From the NCBI RefSeq assembly GCF_001194135.2, contig NC_068992.1:8168214-8232213 (forward strand): DNA of 64,000 nt, in the 5' to 3' direction. This stretch comes from Octopus bimaculoides. Its lineage: Eukaryota. Position 1 is the stretch's first letter; each line of letters starts with the position of its first letter. Of the stretch, positions 11,119 through 23,159 are shown one piece after another. The translations under genes and the position numbers were made by a program. Under the pieces are notes generated by a model. It was given only the letters and a program-made list of their open reading frames with translations, did no database searches and was not told where the DNA came from.

Positions 11119-11659
11119 TATGCTATAATTTCCAAACCCAGATGGTCATTTTCAAAAATTGCAGAAGATTGACAGAAAGGGAGAAAAAAAATATTGTTGT
11201 GAATTGTGAACTTTTGTGACAGAATCGCCCCCCACCCCAAATAAGAAAAAAAGAAAAAAGGAGAAAGGTAAAAGTAAAGAGAAGCCATCGTAACTACTTG
11301 TGATTCGCCGAAACAATAACGAGGCTACAAAATCCACCACGGCTGATGGCGCTAGATGGATACATATTTCATTTTCAATCAGGCACCATTTTGACCTTGT
11401 GCCTCGATAGAAGCAGTTACGATTTCTTTCATGTCCTTCATTGTATCTATTTCTCCCTCTTTTTTTCTCTTCCTATTTTCACTTTCGAAAAGGATCTTTG
11501 AGATAGAAAAATAGAAAATAGAAAAAAAAAAAATGAAAAATAGAAAAATAGAAAAAATGTCATACTCTGTTTTATTAAAATACAAGGTTATGGCTTCCAA
11601 TTCTTTCCAATTTAATTAATACAATATCCTGAAACACCTCGTTAACGCACGGGTACACA

Positions 11660-11848
11660 CACTTATGTTTGTTTGTATGTTTGTATGTATATTTGTATGT
11701 ATGTATGTACGTATGTATGTATGTATGTATGTATGTATGTATGTATGTGTGTATGTATGTATGTATGTATGTATGTATGTATGTATGTACGTACGTATGT
11801 ATGTATGTATGTGTGTGTGTATATGTATATATGTGTGTATGGTGTGTG

Positions 11849-11894
<46 letters not shown>

Positions 11895-12773
11895 AACACA
11901 CCCATATATATGTGTGTGTATATATATATATATATATCTATAACGTGCCTACTTATGTGTGTGTACTTTATGTGTAGGGAGAAATATGTAGACTTTTGTG
12001 TGTGTGTGTGTGCGTGTGTGTGTGTGTGTGCGTGTGTGTGTGTGTAAGAAAGGGAGGGAACAAGAGCAGGTGTGACGAAACAGGAGAGCAAAAGGCGGAG
12101 AGTGTGCGAGAAGAGGAACGGATGCAAGAAAATTAGATTTCATCTGGTATAGATTTGACCTTATCTGTCGAATTAATCCAGGGTTAATACTGGTGGAAAT
12201 ATCTTTATCGTGTTGCAAGGTAATCTTGTGTGAAGAGTCAACTAATTCTAACTCTTCTCTCTCGCTCTCCCCTTCTCTCCGCTTACTATCTCTTTCTTTC
12301 TCTCTCCCTCTCTCACTCATTGCTTCTCTCTTTCTTTCTCTCTCTCTCTCTCTCCCACTCTTTATTTCTCTCTCTCCCACTCTTTATTTCTCTCTCTCTC
12401 TTTCTTTCTCTCCTTCAAACATAAGCAATCTCAGCTTCACTGTGTCATTGACACATTACAGCTACACACACATAAACACACGCACATACTCACACATACA
12501 CACACTCATGCTCACACATACACGCATAAGCATGCACACATACACATGCTCATACACATTCTTTCTCTTTCATCTTTCACACACACACACACGCACGTGT
12601 ATTTATGTGTGTCAATATATATGTACTCATATACACACGTATGTGCTTGTGTGTATATGTGTGTGTGTATTTATACGTTTATACATACATACACACACTC
12701 ATGTATGCATGCATCTACGTATAAATGTATGTATGTACTTATATATGTATATATATATATGTGTGTGTGTATG

Positions 12774-12821
<48 letters not shown>

Positions 12822-12950
12822 TGTAAATGCAAAAATAAAAACAAAAACACAAAGGATTCTGCAGTACACGTGTTTCAAGCTTTATAGTTTTATAGTTGTT
12901 ACATCAGTGTATAATTGACAATATATATATATATAGGCATGTATTAGTTA
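11660..12950. repeat. Compound microsatellite block: (TATG)n, (TA)n, (TG)n, (CT)n, (CA)n
   Basis: Directly visible simple repeats. Confidence 0.95.
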
Positions 12951-12996
12951 CAGCTCTTACGATTGCTCAGAATATTGGACCTCATTTCACCTTGCG

Positions 12997-13417
12997 GATC
13001 TCTTCGGGGTGAATTCAGCCCACAACACTTGCCGACACCCTACAAGGCTCAAGTAAAGAACACATTACAATACTGCCTCTACACCTGAGATGTTGTTGCT
13101 GCTAGGTACAAAGATATCCCGAATCGTATCGAGTGAAGTGCTGCGAGACTCATTGGCTTCAAATTACTGACACGCTTCACCTGGGCCACACGTGCTGTAC
13201 TCTGTACTCTGTCACTGCAGTAAGGACCTCTGTACTCGGAGCTGGCTGTTTTCATGCCTTCTGCCGATCTACTCGTCTTTCTAACTCTGGCCACCCTTGT
13301 TGCGTCTTTCCTGCTGGTATTGGCCTCCAACTGTTTAAGTGTAACCTTAACAAAATCAGCTGTTCCGTTGATCGGATCAACTGGAACCCTCGTCGTCGTA
13401 ACCGACGGAGTGCCAAC
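12997..13417 (+). pseudogene. 3' end of a CR1/L2-group (Crack/Daphne-like) LINE ORF2 plus 3' tail
   Basis: FSPQHLPTPYKAQVKNTLQYCLYT*D...NRIE*SAARLIG resembles LYKAQxRPxLEYCSHxWD...DRIQxxAxRLIG. ITDTL follows, then RSTRLSNSG..CVFP....LQLFKCNLNKI, resembling the RTxxLWNSLP..VFP...LQxFKxxxNK C-terminus. Confidence 0.75.
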
Positions 13418-13429
13418 CATCGTAAAATA

Positions 13430-13810
13430 AATCTGCCGGAGTCAACTTTGCCTTTCATCCCGCCGAAGTCAATGAAATAAAGTATTAGTGAAGAAGTGAA
13501 TACAATATAATCGATTGTTTCAATCGCACCTTACAAAAGTGTGTGGCCTCGTACTTATGTTTCTAAATTATCACTTTTTCCTTTTATCTTCCTGGCCAGA
13601 CTTCAGATGATCCAATATAATTTTTTCTACTATAGGTACCAGCCCTGAAATATTTGTTGGGCAAGGGAGCCAGTCGATTACATAAATCCCAGTTTTAAAC
13701 TGATACCTACTTTATCTGCTACAAAAGGATCAAAGGCAAAGTCAACCCTGGCGGAATTTGAACTCAGAAAGCAAAGCCGGAATAAGTGCAGTAAAGAATT
13801 TTTGCGTCTT
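13430..13810. mobile_element. Two degenerate SINE B fragments (+ at about 13430-13560; - at about 13640-13810)
   Basis: gtcaactttgcctttcatcc; and aaaggcaaagtcaaccctggcggaatttgaactcagaa. Confidence 0.7.
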
Positions 13811-14187
13811 AGTTGATTCAATATAACAGAGTCATTATTGGTGGTTATTACAGTTTTACAATATATTTGGCCGCATTCCCCATGGCCTGTATTCCATATA
13901 GTATCTCCTTCTGCAAGAACTTCAGTAATTCAAGCGTGTCATTGACCCATTACAGAAATCTTTTGCTATCTATTTTATGATAATTAGCAACGTAACTCAT
14001 TCTCTTTTCTTTTTACCCCTCTATTCCCCCTCTCCTTCTTTATCTGTACCTCGGGCATGCGCATCAAAAGTAATTAGCTGCTATGATACTTTCACTACAT
14101 CTGTATTTCGTTAAAACAGAGACAGGATGTACTTAGCTGAATATTGATTCAAATGTACATTTTAACCCTTCACAAATTATACAACGG

Positions 14188-14237
<50 letters not shown>

Positions 14238-15825
14238 GAGAGAGAGAGAGAGAAAGAGAAAGAGAGAGAGAGAAAGAGAGAGAAGTAATTGTATGTATTT
14301 CTTATTGTTTAATGATAAAGAAGACCGTGTATTTTTATTTAATTCTTTAAAATATAGTTCACAGCAGGCGATCATATGACTAAACGTTTTGTCACCCGTG
14401 GATTCGTTATAAACGTTTACATGTCAAGACCCCTGCAATCCCATTCATCATTCACTTTATAACTGCGAGCCAAAGAACATCTAAGTCGTTAGATAGTTGA
14501 GGGTGTGGTGTACATGTATCAATAGACTGGTGGGTCACAGTCAATACTTCTGTTTGATTTTAAACCTACGTGTCAGAGATCTAGCTCGATCGAAGCTGAA
14601 TTTTGGTTACGCATCAACAATGACAAAAATAAGTTTGTTATTGATCATATCTCCTTTCCGCGAGCCAACAAGTCTCCTGAAATCGGTATTAGAATCGGGA
14701 TTTTCAAGGTATTTAGACTAATAGTACCACACTTACAGGTCCAACTCATATCCGGTTTGTAGTTCGTCGGGAGTTAATCCCCAGGTGCTACAGGTACTCC
14801 TTTTCAGGAGCAACGTGAAATGGAGTGTCTTCCTGAATGACTCGATACGTCAACCTGTCCGAAAATCAAAGCTACAACCTAACGACCAGAAGCCCTGCAC
14901 TGTAAATAGTAAGCCAGGCACATTCCCTTATTGCTTCACTAAAAATCTTTTCTGCTGGCCTAGTCATTCATTCTGTATTTCGATATGCTGATATTCTGAT
15001 ATTCTGATATTCTGCCATGAACACAGTCAGTGACTGTTGCTGAAAGGCCGTCAGTGTGAAATCACGAGCCCCAAATAAAGCGACTAACAAGAAAGAACGA
15101 AATGACTTCTCCATTGTGTATTGTATTTCAATCGAATAACGGCTGCCTTATCCTACTTTAACTAAATTCCTAACAGGAAGTGACGCTACCGTTTCATATA
15201 TGAGTGATTTATGTTAGACGAGATCAATAATTAGAAGTAGTAGCAATAGAGTTTAGTATAAAAAAGAAAAGGAAAAAAAAACAGAATCCAAGGAATTAGT
15301 GATCGTCTGCGTTGGTAAAAATTACTGTTAGCTCTCTAGAAGTCACTGAAGTGATAGAAACAGAAGTCGGCATAAAGTCACTTTGCTTCCTAAAAATAGC
15401 AACCAAATCACTCTCATATTACCCTATGTAGATAGAATAGAATTGTCATAGATGCATGGACGGCAACATTTTTTTAAAAATCAATAAATAAAGGGTCATT
15501 ACAGGTATACTCTTTTGGGGATTACCTGTTGCTAAACAACAACTTGCGCGATTTCCATGCTCTCTTCTCTGTCTTGGGTCCAAATGCCGCTGAGTTTGAC
15601 CGTATCTTTTCCTCTCTCTTTTGGGTAAAATCTAGTGATAGAAGCAGTAACGTACTGGGTAGAATTATCCCATTCTATTTGAACCCAACTACCTATATGA
15701 GCTAAAATTCCAGAGGACAACTTGTCATATGCAAAGGCAGGTTCAATTGAATACATTTCTTCTTCCAAATTTGAGATTGTGAGCCAATATGATACATTAT
15801 TATTATTGGTACCACCAAAGACGAT

Positions 15826-15965
15826 AGGTGGTAGATATGGTAATGAATCCAACACAGGTCATGGCTTCTTTTTTCAAATCCTGCTGACGTCGACTTTACC
15901 TTTCTTTCTGGGTCGATAAAAATAAAGTAAGTACCAGCCATATACTATGATCGAATAGATCTCCT
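15826..15965 (+). mobile_element. Degenerate SINE B
   Basis: caaatcctgctgacgtcgactttacctttc...gggtcgataaaaataaagtaagtaccag. Confidence 0.6.
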
Positions 15966-17329
15966 GTTCTCCAACCCTCTTACATGAAGTTAGTAGATGA
16001 ATGTTCTAACAGTGACACACTACTGGAGGATGAAATCATTTGCCATGGATTCACATTTTGTGACAATATTTATTTTCAACATAGAAATAAGGGTGTGGGG
16101 TAAGTTATTGTCAATTATAGTGACTTCTGTATTTGATTGGTTCTTCATTTAACCTCTGGAGGATGGAAGATGAAGCTGACCAGAATGAGGTTTGAACGTA
16201 ATGAATTTTATCCGTCGCCATTTTTACCAATCCTCTGCTCTGTAGTTAAACGTTACCCTTCATTCTTCAAGAGTAATAAAATAAATACCTGTAACGTACT
16301 GGAGGTTTATCTTATTTTATCGACTATTCTTTTCTTCTGAATTTCTAGTCATGTGCTAATGTTAAAAATCAATATTTAAAGTCATTATAGTTAAAGATTG
16401 TCACGTTATCGAAAATTGGGTCTTTAAATCCATTCATCGTTGATTATTGGTAATAACAGACATCAATATTCTCTATTTTCTCTCTTTAGACCGTTATTAA
16501 ATAGCAGCGAGACTTGGCAGAGTTAAAGGAAAACGCTTCTCTTCCTTTGGCGGAATATTTATCGAAGACATTGCAATTGACAGTTGTTGCAACGAAGCAA
16601 TATATAAAATTAGAAATATGTAATTTTTTTTTCTAAAAATCATAAAATATACAGCAGATAAAATAATTATTTTAGACAGATTTTATTAACATTAAAATAA
16701 AAATAGATTATTTTCTAAAATGAATAGGAAACTCATTCTATCTTTGGTATTGCAATATATTCCACTTAATAATGAATTTGTGACCAGGAGGCTCGGCCAT
16801 CGAAACTCTATATCAAATCTATTTCAACAATAAGCTACGGGAGACATGAATATTGTTGGCTTTCGTGCTGATAAGCATACGTTTCTAAATATGGCATTGA
16901 TTAGCTAAAAAGTTGTTGTTGTTTTTATGGTAGATAAATGTAGAATATCATGTGTGCAGGGAGAGGATGGTGAAAGTGGGTGCATGAAGATGATCGGCTT
17001 AAAGGGTTTTTAATATGCAAAAATATGGAAATATTAGACAAGAGACGAAGGGAGTGGTAGTCGAAGCTGGAAACGGCGAATTAATAATTCTTCCATTTAT
17101 GAATATGATTTAATAATATTGAACTTGTTTCATGCTGGCTTCAGAAATGTACTTCCTTAGTATCAGGTGTGGAGATGAAGTTATGGGAGGGCAGCTTAAT
17201 GATTGATACATACAAGACATACATACATACATACATACATACATACATACATACATACATACAAAAAGATTGCTATGGAATAAATAATGAAAAAATATTT
17301 TTCTTGTTACGTATATATATATGTATCTA

Positions 17330-18579
17330 CTCAAGGAATATTGGTGGAACATTCCCATCAAAACGTCCACTAAAAACACCAGCTTTGATCTTAGTTTCAC
17401 ACTTGCTAGAAACAAAATTTTCACTGAGATATTTGAATCCTTCATCGTCTTCATTCATGGCATTAACAAAATTCTTAAACAAGCCAAATTTATGTGTAAG
17501 GGAGGAAGGTAAATTTTCTGGGGGTCAACTAAAGGGATATATTTAACGTTGTATCTCCCTGGAGTGAAATCGCTTCTCTTTGGCCACACTTTTTCATCAT
17601 AGTGATGCTTGTCATCTCTGCTGTTCCAAATAGTAATTAACAGCTACAGTTAATTGCTGAAGGGTAAGTTATTAGCTTGCATTATGTGTATCAGTAATTG
17701 TGTGTGTGTGCGTATACGTACTATATACTACTATATACCTAGATGCTTTGTATGCTTTGTATACCCCATTTGCAACTTAAGAAGCAAACCAATAACTTTC
17801 AAGTCCCCGCATATATTCCACTTGTGCTCAGAATATTTAATCAAGTGCAAAATTTTATCCATTGATTCATAAGTTTCCTTCAATCCTACAGCATGTGCTA
17901 GTGGTATTGAAGGTTTTTGACTGCCATTATGCAGCAAAACAGCTCTTAGGCTTGTTTTGCTGAAATCTATGAAGTCTCCATTCTTCAGGATTATGGCCGT
18001 ACCCCATCTTACGCAGGAGTCCTTCAACGTCACAACAAAAACAAATACCGCCTTCCTCCGCAAAAAATTCATGCAATTCTGTATGCCGTTTTCGAAAATA
18101 GGAGCATTTTACAACATCTTGTAAAAGATTCCATTGTTTCAACCTGGAGTCCAGTAGTTCTGACTTTTCATTTGTTAAACCCAAGTCTAACTAAATCGTT
18201 TAACTCAAGTTGGCTTAATAAACGAGGAACTTTTTTTGAAGACCCTGGTTCATCACAGTGATCTACTGTATCACTTGGCACACCTTCAATTGAAGTAAGT
18301 GGGAGATTCTGGAATTGGAATATTTTCAGTAGCATGAGCAACTGGTTTTAAAGCTGAAGGGCAATCTGGATAAACAATCTTGGATTTGTTCTTCTTAGAG
18401 AAACCTGTGATGTTAGTTAAGCAGAAATAACAATCGGTATAGTAGTTTGATGTTTCGCACCATATGACTGGTACTGCAAATGGCATACTTTTCCGTTTAC
18501 CATTCAGCCATTCGGTTAGTGCTATGCAGCAGTTTTTGCAACGAACCATGTGGCGCCCACAATTTATCTTGATCCCCAA

Positions 18580-18581
<2 letters not shown>
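17330..18581 (-). mobile_element. CMC-superfamily (Chapaev-like) DNA transposase relic
   Basis: Collinear motifs on the minus strand: VGDQDKLWAPH..CKNC..LTEWLNGKRKSMPFAVP.IW.E..NYYTDCYFC; LGLTNEKSELLDSRLKQWNLL; FIDFSKTSLRAVLLHNG..KPSIPLAH; WNICGDLKVIGLLL.LQMGYTK; LWNSRDDKHHY..KVWP; PLVDPQKIYLPPLH..GLFKNFV.AM; KIKAGVF. The superfamily name comes from recalled Chapaev3-type proteins and is not database-confirmed. The 5' part is lost at the (TA)n and gap at 18582-18784. Confidence 0.8.
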
Positions 18582-18624
<43 letters not shown>

Positions 18625-18806
18625 NNNNNNNNNNNNNNNNNNNNNNNNNNNNNNNNNNNNNNNNNNNNNNNNNNNNNNNNNNNNNNNNNNNNNNNNNNNN
18701 NNNNNNNNNNNNNNNNNNNNNNNNNNNNNNNNNNNNNNNNNNNNNNNNNNNNNNNNNNNNNNNNNNNNNNNNNNNNNNNNNNNNCAAATACACATATTTA
18801 TATATT

Positions 18807-18852
<46 letters not shown>

Positions 18853-19787
18853 TCAGTAAATATATATATATATATATATGCACAAACACACACACACACA
18901 TATACTTGTACGTATGTATGTATGTGTGAATGTATGAATATTTGTACATATATATACGTATGTGGATACAAACTTCTACACACACACACGCACACACATA
19001 CTATGTCTATGCCCATACGTACACATGTCAGAGCAAATAGTAATTAACAGCTACAGTTAATTGCTGAAGGGTAAGTTATTAGCTTGCATTATGTGTATCA
19101 GTAATTGTGTGTGTGTGCGTATACGTACTATATACTACTATATACCTAGATTGGCTTATGTGTATGAATGAATATACGTATGTGTGTGCGTGTATGTATG
19201 CATGTGTGTGTATGCGCTCGTGTGTGCGTCTTTATGGGCTGATTTCGCTGTTTGGCCCATAACTTCTGTATCTTAATCTATAATACACATTTGTCGGTTA
19301 TGTCTGTATATGTATGTATGCATGTATGTATGTATGCATGTATGTATGTATGCGTGCAAGCATGCATGCATGTATATATACGTATGTGTGTATATATGTG
19401 AACGTATGTTCGTGTGCTTGCTTGGGTTCTGTATAATGAATACCTGTATTTGCGTCTAAATATTTATTTATAAGGTTGTATGTGTGCAAGATGTGTGATT
19501 GTGAGAGTGTGATGTGTAGTTTATTATCTTATAACTTGAAGCACAACCTGATCCACCCTTTAGTAAATCACACCGGTTTACAATACCGTGACGTCACGAA
19601 ATAAATACAGACCAAATCCTAAACGTGAAAACCAATTGGTTATGCTGTAATGATGTATTCCAAGTTAACTGTTTCTCATTTATATGATAGATCAGAAGTT
19701 ATTAATAACTTAGTACATTTGTTTACACAACAATCTGTTTGACATAATTAACATCTGTTTAACATAATTTGACATCGTTATACACTT

Positions 19788-20116
19788 AGCCTCCAGTGGT
19801 TAGGGCAGCGGACTCGCGGTCATAGAATTGCGGTTTCGATTCCCAGACCGGGCGTTGTGAGTGTTTATTGAGCGAAAACACCTAAAAGCTCCACGAGGCT
19901 CCGGCAGGGGATGGTGGCGAACCCTGCTGTACTCTTTCACCACAACTTTCTCTCACTCTTTCTTCCTGTTTCTGTTGTACCTGTAATGCAAAGGGTCAGC
20001 CTTGTCACACTGTATCACGCTGAATATCCCCCGAGAACTATGTTAAGGGTACACGTGTCTGTGGAGTGCTCATCCACTTGCACGTTAATTTCACGAGCAG
20101 GCTGTTCCGTTGATCG
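19788..20116 (+). mobile_element. SINE family C (tRNA-derived head, probably tRNA-Arg-like), 3' tail truncated
   Basis: cagtggttagggcagcggactcgcggtcatagaattgcggtttcgattcccagaccgggcg (A and B boxes). The body matches the copy at 56123-56657. Confidence 0.9.
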
Positions 20117-20459
20117 TAGCACAAAACATCATCGTCATCACTACAACCGACCAACACGAGCAGCAGTAGCTGCATCATCCCCGCCACCACCACGACCACC
20201 ACCACCAACTCCTATCAATAATATAAACATCACAACCCTCTTTACACCACCACACAAACAGCAACAACAAAGTCACCTCCACCATCGCTACCACCACTAT
20301 CGCCACTACTACCACCATAACTACTGTCAAAGACATCATTAACATCATCACCATCGCCATAAGCAACACTACACACAATCACTGTTACCATGACCATCAC
20401 CACTAACACGATGTCTACAATGATTGCCTTCCTGTCAGGAAGGTCAGAGTCCTGCGTAG

Positions 20460-20945
20460 AAGAAAAATGTATGCCACTAAAACTGCTGCCAATTTTTGAA
20501 TGGAAATAGTTTACAGACAATGGTCTTGTCGCAGGAATTTGAATCAATGTATTGGATTCAGCATTCCTTGCAACTGCTGCACTGGAACTAAAAAATTATA
20601 CAAAAACCTGAGGATGACATTTTCAACAGCCGCCGGAAGAAATATAAAGCTGTGTATACAAGGATGATTGCTGGGGACTGCACAAAAAAGCCAAGACAGT
20701 TCTTTACTTGCATTCAAATGCCTGATCAATATTCAAACCGAAAAGACCAGAACCACGCGTGTCTCGACCAACTGTCGAAGCTGAAATGGAGCACCAAGAA
20801 GAGGCTGGTATCTTGCTACCGATGAACTACTCAGCGTCGGTGGCACCAATCGTGGTCGTCAAAAGGCCAAATAGAAAGATCTGTATCTGTGCTTGTCTAA
20901 ATGACGCTTCGGACAAGCATCAGTAATCATTCACAGTATCTGACA
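20460..20945 (+). pseudogene. Ty3/gypsy LTR-retrotransposon pol relic (start of RT)
   Basis: From 20771: TVEAEMEHQEEAGILLPMNYSASVAPIVVVKRPNRKICICA..LNDASDKHQ*, matching VExELxRLExxGVIxPVxYSxWAAPIVVVKKxNGxIRICAD...LNxALxxHQYP. No LTRs seen. Confidence 0.85.
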
Positions 20946-20976
<31 letters not shown>

Positions 20977-21987
20977 TGTATGTATGGTTTTTGCAAACAA
21001 CTTGCAGATGCAAGTGCTACCAGTTGAAAGCTCCGCATATGGATGCTAGCTAGCAAGTTTATGGGGCCACCAGGAAAGAGTGCGCACCATTTTGGGGCCT
21101 ACCTGTCGACGGCATCATTGTGCACCGGCCCCCACCCCTCACTGAAATAAGGCCCCGCTTGCTAAATCAACTGGTTATCAGTTTTCGCTCAATATTCTTC
21201 TAGCAATATCCATCGTCTGTTTTTAACCAAATCTAGTGGCTTGCCTTTTCCACTATAGATTGGATGTTACTTATGATGGTATGTGTATGTATGTATGTAT
21301 GTATGTATGTAATGTGTTGTGTGTGTGTATGTACATGTATATGTATGTATATAAACCTATTGGAAACATGTTGATTTTGGACTTTGTCATTAAATCAATA
21401 ACTTCAAATCTATTTTTTCTTTCTCTAATTCTTCACAGAATGTTTGCAGCCATTTTGCTAGCGATTTGTCAAATAATATTTATCTCGATATCTTTGACTT
21501 TGCTTTTAAACACGATTTCGTTTTCTCATTTTTTTTTTTTACTCATAACTTTCCTTTTTGTTCTGCTTCTTTCTTTCTACTTTCCTTCTTTTCTTTTCTC
21601 CTTCCTTCTTTCCTATTTTTTTCTCAATTGAATGTCTATTAAATTCATTTTTTCCTCAACTTTCTTTCGATCTTGTTTACTTCCTTAATTTACCTTACTT
21701 TCTTTTTTTCCTGCTTTATTTGTATCTTTCCTTCTTCGTCTCCCACTTTCTTCTCACATATTCTCCCCCCTCCCCCACCTCAATTCCTTTCTCTCTCTTG
21801 ATATTTCTCTTTGTTTCTCGCTTTCACTACAACCCCCATTCACCCTCACAAACAATTTAATCGCAATGAAAATATATAAAAAATATTACTGTTTGCGGCA
21901 AATGTCTTTCTATTTTTCTACTTATTATTTCTACATATAACACATGCCTTTTAATCCCCATTCTTGCGACAGACAGAATATTGTAAA

Positions 21988-22020
<33 letters not shown>

Positions 22021-22046
22021 GTTGTTGTTGTTGTTATTATTATTAA

Positions 22047-22375
22047 GGTGGCGAGCTGGCAGAATCCACGCTGGGCAAAATGCTAAGCGGTATTTCGTCT
22101 GCCGCTACGTTCTGAGTTCAAATTCCACCGAGGTCGACTTTCCCCTTTCATCCTTTCGGAGTCGATTAAGTAAGTACCAGTTACGCACTGGGGTCGATGT
22201 AATCTCTTCCCTCAAATTTGAGGCCTTGTACTTCAAGTAGAAAAGGTTATTATCATTATTATTATTATTATCGGGTCGACAAATTAAATACCAGTGAAAC
22301 ACTGGGGTCAATGTAATCGACTAGCCCCCTCCCCCAAAATTTCTGCTCTTGTTACAATACTTGAAACCATTATTG
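22047..22375 (+). mobile_element. SINE B (22047-22247) plus a second 5'-truncated B (about 22272-22375), embedded in (TTA)n
   Basis: ggtggcgagctggcagaatcc...gaggtcgactttccc...ctggggtcgatgtaatc. Confidence 0.88.
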
Positions 22376-23061
22376 TTATTATTATTCCGAAAGGATGAAA
22401 GGCANNNNNNNNNNNNNNNNNNNNNNNNNNNNNNNNNNNNNNNNNNNNNNNNNNNNNNNNNNNNNNNNNNNNNNNNNNNNNNNNNNNNNNNNNNNNNNNN
22501 NNNNNNNNNNNNNNNNNNNNNNNNNNNNNNNNNNNNNNNNNNNNNNNNNNNNNNNNNNNNNNNNNNNNNNNNNNNNNNNNNNNNNNNNNNNNNNNNNNNN
22601 NNNNNNNNNNNNNNNNNNNNNNNNNNNNNNNNNNNNNNNNNNNNNNNNNNNNNNNNNNNNNNNNNNNNNNNNNNNNNNNNNNNNNNNNNNNNNNNNNNNN
22701 NNNNNNNNNNNNNNNNNNNNNNNNNNNNNNNNNNNNNNNNNNNNNNNNNNNNNNNNNNNNNNNNNNNNNNNNNNNNNNNNNNNNNNNNNNNNNNNNNNNN
22801 NNNNNNNNNNNNNNNNNNNNNNNNNNNNNNNNNNNNNNNNNNNNNNNNNNNNNNNNNNNNNNNNNNNNNNNNNNNNNNNNNNNNNNNNNNNNNNNNNNNN
22901 NNNNNNNNNNNNNNNNNNNNNNNNNNNNNNNNNNNNNNNNNNNNNNNNNNNNNNNNNNNNNNNNNNNNNNNNNNNNNNNNNNNNNNNNNNNNNNNNNNNN
23001 NNNNNNNNNNNNNNNNNNNNNNNNNNNNNNNNNNNNNNNNNNNNNNNNNNNNNNNNNNNNN

Positions 23062-23159
23062 GAAGAAGAAGAAGAAGAAGAAGAAGAAGAAGAAGAAGAA
23101 GAAGAAGAAGAAGAAGAAGAAGAAGAAGAAGAAGAAGAAGAAGAAGAAGAAGAAGAAGA
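23062..23159. repeat. (GAA)n microsatellite at gap edge
   Basis: Perfect trinucleotide run. Confidence 0.98.

Noticed and set aside
14540-14900. Possible CR1-type endonuclease relic (EFWLRI…IGIFKV…PTHI)
   Set aside because: Only a faint resemblance to the GDFN and PTR motifs; not enough to call.
16480-16625. Strong plus-strand acceptor (ttttctctctttag) followed by a GTAATT donor
   Set aside because: All three frames contain stops before the donor.
21000-21190. GC-rich segment with ggggcc/ggcccc motifs (possible MITE); similar at 6330-6430
   Set aside because: No definable TIR pair or TSD.
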